64,000 bases of DNA from Raillietiella orientalis (Eukaryota), in assembly GCA_036172245.1 (NCBI GenBank), contig JAYWIR010000001.1, positions 1,426,001 through 1,490,000 on the forward strand, read 5' to 3'. The notes below the pieces were generated by a model, which ran no database searches, was not told the DNA's origin, and saw only the letters and a list, made by a program, of their open reading frames with translations. This document shows, one piece after another, positions 1 to 12,840 of this stretch (the stretch's first letter is position 1; every line of letters begins with the position of its first letter). Made by a program: the position numbers and the translations under genes.

Positions 1-3000
1 GGGATCGATCGCTCCCGCATCTTGGGGAAGCTTCCGAAGCGGCGTGTAAGACTGCGCGACCTGACCTCAGAGGACCGTGCGCCCCCGGGAACGTCCGTCG
101 CCGACGTCTCACGCGCGGTTCCTAGCCGCGCTTTGCCTCCTCCGGGAGTCGTCCAGGGAACGGGAGCTTCGCCTGGCCACCTTCAAGGGCGCGCTTGGCA
201 GGGGCGTTTGTTGCAGGAAGGGACGCAGTCCTTTTCCCTGCAGGGTCGAAACGCCCCGCAGGATCTCTCCGCGAAAGCCCCAGCCCTGGTCCAGAGCGCT
301 CGGCGTGTCGAGGAATTTTTCTTTTCTTTCACCCGAGCGCTCCGTGCTCAGAAAGGGGAGGCGTCCGGGCGTTATCCCACCCAGGTGAAATCCCGAAAAA
401 AAAAGAATGCGCAGTCCTCCAGGTGCAGCCCTGCAGCAGCACGCGAGTGCGCCACCGCCTGATTGGCGGTCGCGATGGCTGCCGAGGACATGGAAGATCA
501 TGTACTCGCTGACTGCTGATTAGCTATGCCGCCCTTCCAGAAACGCTGCTGCTGTGCTCGCACCGGTAATCAAGCAGCGGCACTAGGGACAGGCTTTGCC
601 GCTACCCACTTGCCAGTTGCTCGAGCTTCTTCTTCTTCTCCCCCTTTTTGCTCTTTTCTTTTCTTTTTTTCTTTTTCTTCAAACTTTCGCCGTTGCGCGC
701 ATGCGGCTGCCGACCTCTAACGATTGTCGGACTTTTTCAGCTCGGCCCGTTCCCAGAGACGGCGTGGCTCCTAAGCAGCGCCACCGCAAGAGGACACTGC
801 CAGGGAAGAGGGAGGACGAAGAAGAAGTGAGGAAGAAGGAAGGGAGGAGGAGAAAAAAGGGAAGAGGAAGACGGCAGGGGGACCGACGCTGCTTCGCCAG
901 GGTCTCTTGAAGGGAGACACCAGCTGCCCCATCCAGGCGGGCCCCTCCCGAAAGCGGCCGTTGTCGAAAACGGCAGCACGTGAAAAGCGAGCATGAAAGT
1001 CCAGACTTCATCTTCGGAGACGCGTGGCGGTCGGGTGTCTCGCCGTGCACGCAGCGAGGGACACTGAAACGGGACTCCAGTGCGCCTCCGCACGAGGCCG
1101 AGCCAACTCGGGGATGCGCCGAAGAGGTGCCTCGAAAATCGCGGGTTCCTCGTGACCTTTCGCGAAGCCGCGAAGAAACGGCGCGGGTTGGGCGGAACCT
1201 CTCAGCATCCTCAGCGAGGTAGATTCCTGCCCCGGCGGGAGAAAAGAGGGGGGAGGGGGGAGGAAGTGTCCCTCCCTCCGCGGGCGCTTCGAGGTGGTGT
1301 CAGGCCGAGCAACGGCGTTTTCGGGATGCTGCTACGACGGGAGATGAAACGCGCATTCGCGTTACGTGCTCGTCCACGTTTTGCGAATTCTGAGAGAAAC
1401 CGATCGCTCGCGGCAGTACCCAGCAGATCGTGATGTTGACAATTCCGCTGCTAATGAGATCCAGCTGGCACTTTTCGATTGCACCATTCTTCTGCTTCCA
1501 GTCTTTCGCTTTCCGTGCTGTCGCTGCAGGACGTCTGGAATTTCGGGAGGTGCCGGGGGGCAAGGGAGGGGGGAACGGAAAAGACTGCCGGCGTCTTGCG
1601 CACCAGCTTGAAAACGGGAAAAAAGAATAAAAAAATCCTCTCTCTCTGGAAGCAGGAGAAGAGTCCGGTTTCATCCTCCTTGGAAGGACTCTAGGAGGGC
1701 GCGAACAAAGTGCTCTTAAACACCTTCTTTCGGCTCTGCGTGTCTCCCTCTCCTCGAAGTCCGCGGATGGGAAAAGACAAAGGGGAGGGAAATGGGGGGG
1801 GGGAAAGAAATCCCCCCCCCCTCCCTCCTCTTTCTCCTCTTGTTTTCCTTCCCATCGATCGACACGAGCGGTGCAGAGGACGGGCATCCCCGCACGGTCC
1901 GTGCGACAACGGCGGTCCATCAGCGCGTCTGTTTGCTTTGACGTCGGGTTCTGGCGCCGAAAAAAAAAAAAAAAGGCAAAAGACAAACAGAATTTTCTGC
2001 TTTTTTTTCCTGGACGCTGTCCATGCATGCTGCGCTGAAATCCCGGACGAGTGAAGTCCAAAAGTCCGGAAGGAGCCCGAAAGAGCCACAGGGTGGAAAG
2101 AAAAGCGAAAACTTTACGCTTGCGAAAGAGCGCAAAGGTCGCACGCACTTCACGACAATTCTAATTGCAAATTAGCCAGGAGGCATTTTCTCCCTTATCC
2201 TCCCCCTCTCCTCTTTCCCACAGATCGGCGCGCACGAGCTCCCCTGTCTCGACGACCGTCCGGTCAAATCCCGAGACCGCAGCCCGTCAGCAAAAGAGAA
2301 CCCGTCGCTTCCTCCGGTCCACTGCGACCACCAGATCCGCGGGTGGATTTCGAAAGACACCTAATCGAGAACCGAGACCTACGGTCCGTCATACACCTTT
2401 CCAACACGCGCCTCTAAGGGAGCGTCCGTGACGTGCTGAGGTGACGAAATCCCATTCGGATGAGCGATGCAGGGTACCACAGCAACGTGCTGGCCCCTTT
2501 TAGCTCTTATTTTATTTTGTTTTTCCCTTCAAAAGAAGATGCCAGACTTTTATTTTTTGCCGACGATCTTTCCCATGCCCTCTTTCATTTATTTATTTCC
2601 TGCAAACGCGCTCGTCATCAATCAGCAACGTGATCCAGGAATCCGATGCGATGACCACCTTCACGACGAAGCTGGATTTTTCTCCTCCTCGTGTTGTGTT
2701 GTCCTCCTCCCCCCCGCTCCATTGCTCCGGCACTTCTTGCACGAAAGACGAAAAATCCACCGCCATCTTGAATTCGAGGTCGCGACTACCGTGAACGGCA
2801 GGACGCCGGGCAAGGTCCAGACGGCGAAAGTGATCGACGGTTTGTTCGCACCTCCCCTCTTGTTCTCCCGCTCCGTCGCGTTTTCGGGTTCCGGGAAGCG
2901 GCGTTCGCGATCGCGCGCGGCTTCGACAGGTCAGCACGTGCGCGGCTCCGACTGAAGAGCCCTCGAGACGACGAGTTGTCGCCGCCGCCTTTTGGGAAAA

Positions 3001-4959
3001 TTCCGGTATGGCCTCAGGTAGAGGTCGATGCTTTTGTCTTTTGAAAGGGAGACTCGCCACAAATGTCCTCAAGCCTCTCCCGGAAACGCGAAAACGCTTT
3101 GACTTTCCGGAGACCGAAAAACAACAAAAAATAAAAATAAGGGAGGATGAAAGGTTTCTTTCGGGGAGTCTTCAGTGCATTGTTCGGCTCCTCGCCATTC
3201 TGCGAGGCTCCCTGATGAAGTGCGTCTCTTGTAAGCGAGCTGGTGAGGTTTCCGCCCGCAGTCTATCGAGTTCCATCCCTCCATTGACTCTCCCAACTGG
3301 AAGAAAAAGGCCCACTTTTCACAGGGCGTCCTAAATGAGCTTTCGTTTTCGACCCGCGGTGGTGGTCAGGCGGGGCGAAAACCTCGCCTTCTTTGTCTTA
3401 AGGTCAACGGGCTCTGCTCCCGGTCCCGGGAGCGAACCCTCCTCTTCCTCCCACCGCCGGGTGCCAGGGAGGAAAAGTCGCGTTCTACACATCGGAGCCA
3501 GCGGCAGCGACCGCGAAGAGCGTTCTAAAAATAGCTCGAGCGAATTCTCCAGTTTTCCAACCAGCGGGAACCATTTTCCCAGTTGCCACAGTACAATGCA
3601 CAGATTGTATTTACGGCAGCTTCCTTGGAAGGAGCAAAGTTTTCAAAAGCCTCAAATATCGCGTATCACTTTCATTGTACTGTACGAATTTGCTTTCCTT
3701 ACGAATACTATTTTCAAAAGTTCCACATAGGTACTATTCATTTTGTTAATGCCATGCAGCGAGTGGAAATAACCATGAAAATTCATGACAGCAGCATCAC
3801 TCATTGATTGCCCCCAAGCACTTTCATGCAATACATATGCTATGTACACATGGATACATGTGCATGGCATGTTTAGTGCATGAACGATGAAGAGGAAGAG
3901 AAGCCAAAGTAAGCGAAAGAACGTTCCCGTGGAACCAGCCTATAAATAAAAAAAGAAAAAAATGGAACCAGCCAAATGTGCCACGTACGCGTATCCACGT
4001 GTTTACACATCCGTGCTAATCTGCGGGCGAATGCGTAATCTGTGTACAGCTGTTGTACGCTGCATCCTGCATCAAGACCTGCGAAATCCAGCGTGCCTTG
4101 CGTACACTGAACACAACGCGGGTTATATGCTATGTAATTTGCAGAATCTCGGTAATTTTCCCCTCCGCACCGACGGTCGCCATGGTTTCCATCTACTTGG
4201 AACCGTGGGAAGGTAGAGAGGAAGCCGGAGCAAATGTTGCTGGTACATAAGGGTGCCTTGGCTCGCCTCACGCGAAACTTCTCCACCGGAGGAAGGTACT
4301 GCACACGGCAGTGCTTCTGGTCGTCTTTCGCGTGATTGGCCGCGCGTTCCGCACCCCCGTTTTGAGGAAGGAAGGGGAGCTCCGTCCACTCCCCACGGAG
4401 AGCTTCGCAGCTTTGCGTCCCGTGCTCTTCCCTCCAAGCACTCCCCTCGACTGAAACCCATCTATTCTTGATGGAAACTTCTCTCACTACATGGATGAGT
4501 GGTGTGCATGGAGGGAAAGGGAGGGAGGGAGGCGGGTGTTAAGATGCCGTTTCGTTTGCTCTTGCTGGAGATACCAACTTCATTTCCGTACGCTGGTAGC
4601 AGCTCTCTTATTCCAGAGATGATCTCATTTCCTGGCAGCTCTTCCCCCAACCAGCGGTCCCGAAGACGAGGAAATCCCGATCGAAACCCACGAGGTCGCC
4701 TGTCACCTCTTTTCCTATCCCTCCTATCTTCGGCACGTAATCGGAAGTTTCGCTGCGGAAGTGTTCCGGACGCGCCCCGCTGCCCCACTTGAGAGAGACA
4801 CCGTGCATCCCTGAATGTTCCTGTTCTTTGTCCCGAATCCCGGCTGGGAGGAGTCCCTCGAAATGGTAACCGGCGTGCCATTCTTCCTCCGTGCAACTCT
4901 GAGCTCCACAGCGCCACAGAACTGATTTCCCGCCCGGTTCTCTTGCCGTCGCTCAGCAA

Positions 4960-5530
4960 CCGTCTAGCCAGGGGCGTAAGAAGCGCACTGCTCCCGTCGG
5001 GGAGCGACCCTGCAGAGAAATTTGGAAGCATCCCTTCGGGGTTACCTTCAGAGGAGGGAATAGGGAGCGGTTCTTTTGCGGGTACTGTCCGGAGAAGAAA
5101 ATCCAGGAGAAGATCCTTTCTAGGTTCCCTTCGGAGAAGAAGCGAGCAGTGACCCCCTGTGGGAAGTCCCTCCACAGAAACACAAGAAAGCTTCCCTTGA
5201 AGGAAGTCCCTCCGGAGACAACCGGGGCGTAGGTTCTCTTGGAGGTCGTCTCTCAAGCGTAAGATCCATCCTGGATTCCATAGGATAGTATCCATAGTGA
5301 CCCCACAGATTGGCTCCCCATAATTTGGGGAGAGTTGCACGCACCCTCGGCTGGCGTGGAGAGCGTCGAAGAGCTTCGCAAACGCCCCCTAAGGCGGCGA
5401 ACGGCTCTTCAGCACTTGGAGAAATAGAGAAAGCAAAAGCTGGAAGGAAAGCAGCGAAGACAGAAGAACCCGAAGGTATCTCCGTCATCTCGAACGAAGA
5501 GACGCAACGGACAGCGTGATTCCGGAAAGG
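4960..5530 (+). mobile_element. 3' half of the long tRNA-headed SINE-like element
   Basis: Shares body modules (cccttcggg..cttcagaggagg, ggattccatag, cacgcaccctcg, aaagctggaaggaaagcagcgaaga) with the full copy at 46540-47060. Confidence 0.75.
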
Positions 5531-6310
5531 TGGGAAGCGACGTGCTACATAGCAACCAAGACGGAACTTCTGGGAGTTTGGACAACTCGGGAAGCAACGT
5601 GCGCTGCGACCCCCAGTGTCCCATCCCACGGACTTCTACACTGGGGAGAGGTGCTCCACATCCCTCCGGAGGAGGTGGAGTAGCCTCTGGAGTACTGGAA
5701 CAGCGGAACCCTCCCCTTCAAGTGGAGGGAGTGGGCGTTGCCGGTGGCTCACGGGGGAATCCCGTGCGAAGAGCGGCCTTCGCCACTGGACACGGGGGAG
5801 GGCGGGTGCTGAGTGGGACAGGTGCGGGAAGAAGGAGACCCTCACGCGCCTGCTGTTGGACTGTGCTGCCCTCCGACCTTTTCGGCATGGCCTCGAAACC
5901 ACTCTACGATCCCCGATGGTGGGCGACCCCAGGAGCATTTTCAGATGGCTCTTCGCGCGTGGTGCCGCACTGCCGCCAGCCGCATCCCTCGCAGTTCCTG
6001 AGGGATCAAGGTGACCCGGAACGTCAGAAGAAGAGGCCGAAGTGGCAGGGACGCCATCCTCTGGACGAGCATCTTCCCGAAGACCACCACGAGATGACCC
6101 CGCCTGGCATCGTACGAACGAACTTACCAGCATCCTGCACAGGATGCAGAGGACTCCGGGCAGCGTACTGTGTCTCCCACCCCATGTACAACTTTTCCCT
6201 CCCTGTTTTTGTTTGCTTATTTTCTTTATTTTTTTTCCTCCCCTTTCCCAACGATGCCGAAGCGGACCTCGCCGGTCTGCGTACCGCCCTTCGGCAGGCT
6301 CGTTGCGCGT
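5329..6310 (+). repeat. Left arm of 982-bp near-perfect inverted repeat
   Basis: Reverse complement of 7848-8829; mirror coordinates sum to 14158 at both ends (no net indel); ORF translations match (e.g. 5616..6014+ equals 8144..8542-). Confidence 0.97.
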
Positions 6311-6385
6311 GGTGGAACCAAGGGTTCGACCACAAAAGCTTATTGCTTTATGCAGTAAATGCCAACCGGCACAACCTGGTGACAA
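5530..6385 (+). mobile_element. L1/Tx1-like LINE 3' fragment (C-terminal zinc finger + 3' UTR)
   Basis: DRCGKKETLTRLLLDCAALRP matches CVRCGERESLLHLLVDCVALRP at 61.3 kb; followed by T-rich tract and family stem-loop. Confidence 0.85.
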
Positions 6386-7789
6386 TCAAGAGGGCATTGC
6401 ATCAAGAGGGCGCAGTTTCCACGTGTGCGGGCATGCCACGGCGGCGCCTCGAGTCGGCTGGTGTGGTGGAAGTGGAAATTCGGGGGCCCACGGGAAGTCG
6501 CCGCAAACAGAAGCGGCAGCCGGAGTGCTGGGAAACGGCAGGAATGCAAAGAAGCATCTACCCGCGAAATGGATTTCTCCGCACAATTTCTCAAAGATCG
6601 ATGAGAGTCGCACGTAATTGTTCCCATGATCGGTGTGAGCCAGCATTAAATCGCGACGCGAAAGCCATAAAGGAAAATAAATAAAAAAGAAAGAAAGAAA
6701 AAGGAATGCATACGATGAAACCAATTACGAGAGAAAGCTGATTTATGAGGAGAAGATGGATGGTCCTCCGATGGAGCAAGCGTCCATCGAATTAAAAAAA
6801 AGATCGGTAATTGAATGGACGCTTCCTTGCTGGACAAATAAAGTCCGAGCCCTCTTCGGCTGCGTGCAACGCAAATGGGGGTGGGGGAAGAAAGGTTGCC
6901 CCAGAACCACGCTCGGAAGCAGGCTACCTGCCGTTCTGGGGAGGTTGGGTGACCGTGGGAGACGACTCGTAAGGTGGCCGGCCCCCGATCGAGGTGCGGT
7001 GGTTTTAACGCAGAGGACGCCGTCGGCATCCCGCAAATCGCAGATGACCCCATTCGCCAAAGAGGCAGTATATCGAAATTTGCCTGCTCAGGCCAACAAC
7101 CGTAACGGAAACTCAACCGCCCCCTGATAATTTTTTGCACCCTCAACGGCATCCCCAAGGGCGGATACTTTAACCTTTGGGTGCGGAGCTCGTCGCATGG
7201 AAACGTCCTGCGTTGACGGCACGCGAGTCGCAGTGGCGACCTCTGTGGACGCACTGCCCTTTCGCGTTCCGCGTGCGCCATCAGCGGTGCCACCGATTGA
7301 CTTTTTACAAAGTGCTGACTTTACGAAGCTGCCATTGGAGTTGTTCATTTGCACCGCATTAGATGAAAAAATTTTTCGCTTCTCCCAAACACATGTTGTT
7401 CATTTAGAAATTCTAATTCCAATCCAATCGAAAACTCATTCCCATTTTTAAGACATCGCAGAGGTGAAAAACACACTGTGATGAATTCCGTACGACACCG
7501 AGAAAAACCGGCGAACGGTCAGAAGATATGAGTGGCATTTCGTTCACTGTCGTCGCCAAGGGAACGGTAAGAAATGGTAAGAAGTGCATGCGTCCATCTC
7601 AAACATGGAGAGTGTTCACTTTTGGCGCGTGTACGAGGCAAAAACATTTGCCAAACTCATAGATGCGTCCATAGTACTCAAAGGGATGAGTCCCATGGCG
7701 TTCTGTTCGGCAACTTGCAGAAGTGTCGCCGGCTTCGCTTCAGAAGGCTGACACACCTCTCGGCCCGTTCCTCGACGTTCGGGATTCTA

Positions 7790-8628
7790 TCATTCGATTC
7801 TGCTGGGGCACTTATTATATAAAGAAATAAAATTACATTGGTGTGGTACGTGCAACGAGCCTGCCGAAGGGCGGTACGCAGACCGGCGAGGTCCGCTTCG
7901 GCAGCGTTGGGAAAGGGGAGGAAAAAAAATAAAGAAAATAAGCAAACAAAAACAGGGAGGGAAAAGTTGTACATGGGGTGGGAGACACAGTACGCTGCCC
8001 GGAGTCCTCTGCATCCTGTGCAGGATGCTGGTAAGTTCGTTCGTACGATGCCAGGCGGGGTCATCTCGTGGTGGTCTTCGGGAAGATGCTCGTCCAGAGG
8101 ATGGCGTCCCTGCCACTTCGGCCTCTTCTTCTGACGTTCCGGGTCACCTTGATCCCTCAGGAACTGCGAGGGATGCGGCTGGCGGCAGTGCGGCACCACG
8201 CGCGAAGAGCCATCTGAAAATGCTCCTGGGGTCGCCCACCATCGGGGATCGTAGAGTGGTTTCGAGGCCATGCCGAAAAGGTCGGAGGGCAGCACAGTCC
8301 AACAGCAGGCGCGTGAGGGTCTCCTTCTTCCCGCACCTGTCCCACTCAGCACCCGCCCTCCCCCGTGTCCAGTGGCGAAGGCCGCTCTTCGCACGGGATT
8401 CCCCCGTGAGCCACCGGCAACGCCCACTCCCTCCACTTGAAGGGGAGGGTTCCGCTGTTCCAGTACTCCAGAGGCTACTCCACCTCCTCCGGAGGGATGT
8501 GGAGCACCTCTCCCCAGTGTAGAAGTCCGTGGGATGGGACACTGGGGGTCGCAGCGCACGTTGCTTCCCGAGTTGTCCAAACTCCCAGAAGTTCCGTCTT
8601 GGTTGCTATGTAGCACGTCGCTTCCCAC
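7790..8628 (-). mobile_element. L1/Tx1-like LINE 3' fragment
   Basis: Inverted copy of 5530-6310 plus its own diverged terminal tail at 7790-7847. Confidence 0.85.
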
Positions 8629-8829
8629 CTTTCCGGAATCACGCTGTCCGTTGCGTCTCTTCGTTCGAGATGACGGAGATACCTTCGGGTTCTTCTGTCT
8701 TCGCTGCTTTCCTTCCAGCTTTTGCTTTCTCTGTTTCTCCAAGTGCTGAAGAGCCGTTCGTCGCCTTAGGGGGCGTTCGCGAAGCTCTTCGACGCTCTCC
8801 ACGCCAGCCGAGGGTGCGTGCAACTCTCC
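7848..8829 (-). repeat. Right arm of 982-bp inverted repeat
   Basis: Reverse complement of 5329-6310 with about 5 mismatches seen by eye. Confidence 0.97.
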
Positions 8830-8935
8830 TCGAGTTATAAGGGATGAACTCGGAGGGGCCACTTTAAATGAGGAATGTTCCGGGGGAAAAATCCGTTTTT
8901 CTCACGCTTGGGAGGGACTCCCGAAGGGAATGTCC
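8629..8935 (-). mobile_element. tRNA-headed SINE-like element, 3' part
   Basis: Reverse complement of 8892-8916 (ccctcccaagcgtgagaaaaacgga) matches 46754-46778. Confidence 0.7.
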
Positions 8936-9029
8936 TCTGTATGCAATCCCCTACACTCTCTAGGAACGCTCGTTGACTTCAGTAGGCGTTCCAGAGATAC
9001 AGAGAAGACGGTGAATCCTGGAAAAGGCT

Positions 9030-9250
9030 CCCTGTGTCAACCGGAGTACCCTGTACAACTTGAAGGGTGGCACGCACCTTCGGGTGGCGTGGACAGTGTC
9101 AAAGAAATTCCTCAGCCCCCTACGGAGACTTCCACCAGTGCCACCCCCGAAGCCTTTAGGCCAACCAGAGTCACTTTGTGGGTGTGACTCGGAACCCACG
9201 ATGCACCCCCCATTCTCTTCGTCGACGCTTCCCCGGGAGGGACCCTCGAC
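9030..9250. mobile_element. Two abutting SINE-like fragments (9030-9120 +, 9130-9250 -)
   Basis: cacgcaccttcgggtggcgtggacagtgtcaaaga motif; ccagtgccac..ttccccgggaggg matches 40762-40873. Confidence 0.65.
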
Positions 9251-10329
9251 ACTTAAAGCCGCTCGCAAGGACCACAGCCGCACGGCCGCCAACACGGGTC
9301 AAAGCTCCGAGGAGGAGGTGGACAAGCAAAGCTCAACAACGCCTGCAGACCACCTGATAGCTCTCCATTCCACCAACGGGCGGGAAACGGCCATCCATCC
9401 ATGACTACCTTTTTTGGGGGAGAAAGGGGGAGGTCCACTGTTTTGGAAGACCCGTGCGGCTGCTCGGCGACATCCTGTGTTGCTGTTGTTCCCATTTTCT
9501 CGCCCCTCTGTGCAAGGACTTCTGTGAAGCCTCCGGTTCTTCTACGATTTTAAAAGCCAAAAAGGGAAAAAACGAACTCTGCCATCGCTCAGTGGCTCGA
9601 GGTTTCCATGGGCTGCGGGAGAGTTCCGATTTTTCCCTGAAACGTCTGTTAGGCGGAATTCGCTTTCACCGTTTCGCGGGCAGATGCCTTGTCGGTGATG
9701 CCAATAGGGAGGCAGTTCTCTCTCCTCCCCTACCGAGCAATTCCTTTCCACCTCTTCGTGATTCCTTGCTCTTCGCATCGGCTGCACCTTCGTATCTCCT
9801 GTGGTGAACATTCAGAGCTGATGCGAGAGCGGACGGGTCTCCAGAAAGAGAGACCCGCGGGGAAGAGGAGGTGCATCAAGAGGCTGTAAATTGCTTCTCT
9901 TCCCAGATCGTTCGAATTGCTTTCGGATTCATCTAGAGAGGAAGCTGCTCCAAGAGCACCTCATTCAGAGCATCATAAACCGCCACCTCGCCCACCCATG
10001 ACCCTCGGAAGTCGCGCCTAGTATCCGTAGAGTGAGCTAGGAGAGCGCATCGGCCTTTTTTTCCCGCCGGCGTGTTGATTTATCGTTGCTTTAATTAGGG
10101 GGTCACCGCCCAAAGCTGAACTAGGGGCGGCGCAACCCAAAAATCCGTAGAGCACCCTCAGGAAGTCATCTAAGCGTTCATCCCTTAAAGGGTTCCCGAC
10201 GAGGTTGCATCCGACTCTCCGGCGAACTGTGGGGATTTTTTATTTGTTTTTTTCTGGGAAGACGCGGAAAATCGTCTTGGTGCCCGGCGAGCGTTGTGCC
10301 GTAACGTTGGATGCAGCAAACGGACGCTT

Positions 10330-11145
10330 GGGGCCTCTGCGTTGCATCCGATCTTCCAGGGCATCCGCGTCGGGACTGCAGTCTCGGTCTCCTGACTCTG
10401 AAGCTGCCGGAGCTTCAGCTTCAGTTCCGGATGCTTGTACTCGTAGAGGAGTCGTGGAGCACCGACTGGCGCCACCCTGCACGCCTCCTCGTCCAGCAAG
10501 CCACCGGTAATGTGGGACTCGCATCCTTCCTTGCTCTCCGTCGCCGCAACATCTCCTGCTGCTGACTGCAGCTTCGGCGGGGCTCGAAGTCTTCTCTCTC
10601 TAAACTGTGCAAGGTGCGGGGAGAGAGAATCCCTCCCGCACCTCCTAGTGGACTGTGTTGCCCTCCGGCCCCTTTGGGGACGCTTTGCCGCGACTCCAAA
10701 AAACCCCGGCGGCAACTCCAGGTCCGCTCTGAAATCCCTCTTCGTTCGCGACGTCCTTTATCCCGCCGTCTCACTAGCAGCCCTTTGCTGCCTACGCGAG
10801 ATTGTAGGATCGCGCTTCATGATGATGACAACAAGATGGCTCCACCTGGAAAACAACATCCATCAAGACCTTGTCGGCATCCTCCAAAGGATGCAGAGGA
10901 CCGCCCTCAGCAGAACATGACTCCTTCTTCCACTCCCACCTTCCCAAGTTTTATTTATTTTTATTTCTTTTTTTTCTATTTTTGTTTGTCCCCTCCCCTC
11001 TGCCGCCATGGTGGACCTCACCGGTCTGCGAACCGGTAACCCGTCAGACTCCCGCAAAATTGGTGGTCCAACCACAGAGCTTCTGGGTGTTTATTTTGTC
11101 TATATGAAATATTGTCTATATGCCCCGGCGCACTCGGGTGAGAAT
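10330..11145 (+). mobile_element. L1/Tx1-like LINE 3' fragment, internally deleted
   Basis: RDCSLGLLTLKLPELQLQFRM (cf. RDGGLGLLSLKRLKLQLQFRM at 60.6 kb); LNCARCGERESLPHLLVDC; 3' stem-loop at about 11000-11048. Confidence 0.88.
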
Positions 11146-12539
11146 CCATAGCTTGCATATTCTTCGAGGTCTAGATTGAGAACCCAGTCGAATCGAACGA
11201 TCATTGCGGTGAAGCACGTGGCCCCATCTCCTTCCAGTGGAACTAGGAACGGGCCTACCTCAAAGGAGGCGTAGGAGCACCAAGCGGAAACCGAAAGGCT
11301 TGCAAGGAGAACCGACAGAGGATGACTCTCCAAGTTTCGTGCGGAAAAAGCGCCATTCCCTTGCTGATCTCCCAGAGAAGAGTACCTGGGTTCGCGCAAT
11401 CAGCAATCGGGAACCGCTACCAGCCGAGTTTTGGGTTACTCCGTGGTCCACGGGCACGTAACTTCGAGAAGACTCCAGCCAAGAGCTGACCAAGATGCCT
11501 TTAATGGAATGCATTAGAGCTTTAACCTAGGGCCTCCGTGTTGATACCCTACGTTGAGGAATGGGAATCGAATTCGTATTCCCCAACGTGATCGTACGTG
11601 GTCCTCGCATTTGCATCGGTTTCCAATGGTAAGCGAAAGTGGCGTTGTGGTGTTTCCTAGTGCCAGTTCTATCCCTTACGTCCGTGTGAACTGAAGTCAG
11701 CAACTACGCCGTCGTGGGGACACGAAGAACAGCTCTGCCTCTGTCAGCATAGTAAAGGGCTTTGCTTTTCCCTTAACTGTTGAATTGACCCGCAACCAGG
11801 CAGCGGACACGCAGGTTTCAAAAGAGGACTCTCTTGAAAACTGCGTTCGGCAAATTTCTCAGACAGATTTCTCAATTTCCCAACAGAGATCGATGCCAAA
11901 TTTCTCAAATTTCTACTTGGTCTCCATGGATGTCTCTTTAGTGAATTTGACATGAGGAATGATGAAGACCTATTAATGATGGCACCTGGAAAATTATTGG
12001 CTGGTTGCACTTCTCCGTGTGAATTTCCCGACCGTTGTGTGTACATTGTACTAGACCGTGCTGTTTCCGTGTCCCGTGATTCTCTCAGGAGGGGTACCGT
12101 ACGACCGCGTAAGGCTTTCCTTTTTGCGGAACCTGTGTACAGCTTTTCGAAACGAACTCCTGAAATTTCCAAACTGTGGCGGTGTTTCATATGAAAGCTC
12201 CCTCTGGAAATTGGCTCCATCAAAAGAGTGATAAACGCACAGAGAGTGTTCCTCTTTCTAGACCTCTTCCAGCTCTCCGAAACGCTCTCTAGGTTCATTA
12301 ACATATGCCTGCTGCGATCCAGATGCTCCTTTCAAGGTCATCCTTTTGTAGATTCAGAGACCAGTGCACCATTGGTTGAAAAGAGTTGGCTCGTGCAAAA
12401 GAGGCTTTGGGAATGCATGAATAACAGAGAACCAGGAACACGGGAAGGTGCGAACATCCACGAAAGACCTGAAACAAATTGGTGCCAGATGACGGAACGT
12501 CCTGAGAGCACGAGTTGACCTTGAGCAGCCAGCGACTCC

Positions 12540-12840
12540 CTAGTGGAACACTGCGAAAGCTGCAAACGGAATCCCGGAATCCTCCAGCTAGGCAAGGAAG
12601 GGGAGCACTGCAAGGTGCATGCTCTCATTGCTAGCTCACTAGGAGCCTGGGACCCAGTTAATGGAGAGGTGCTGTACGATCTGGGAGTCCCTAGGAAGCA
12701 TTCGAAGAGGATGAGGCACCGGATGCTGGTTTCGTGCATCCAATACTCTAGGGAGATCTACCCAACCCACATCACAGGGAGAATATCACAGGGGACCGAA
12801 GCCTATGTGCAGCCAGAGCAACCCAGCGATGAGCTCTAGT
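12540..12840 (+). mobile_element. Utopia/NeSL-like RLE non-LTR retrotransposon, C-terminal fragment
   Basis: VHALIASSLGAWDPVNGEVLYDLG..RMRHRMLVSCIQYSREIYPTHITG resembles the C-terminus of Utopia/NeSL-clade proteins as I recall it. Confidence 0.8.

Noticed and set aside
4960..6385. Single SINE using the Tx1-like 3' tail
   Set aside because: The SINE ends at its own terminus (about 5530; cf. 47055 and 39345), so the junctions are better explained by nesting
5530..6684. 384-aa ORF and its 394-aa mirror at 7678..8862
   Set aside because: Off-frame read-through of LINE remnant and UTR; the recognisable zinc finger lies in another frame
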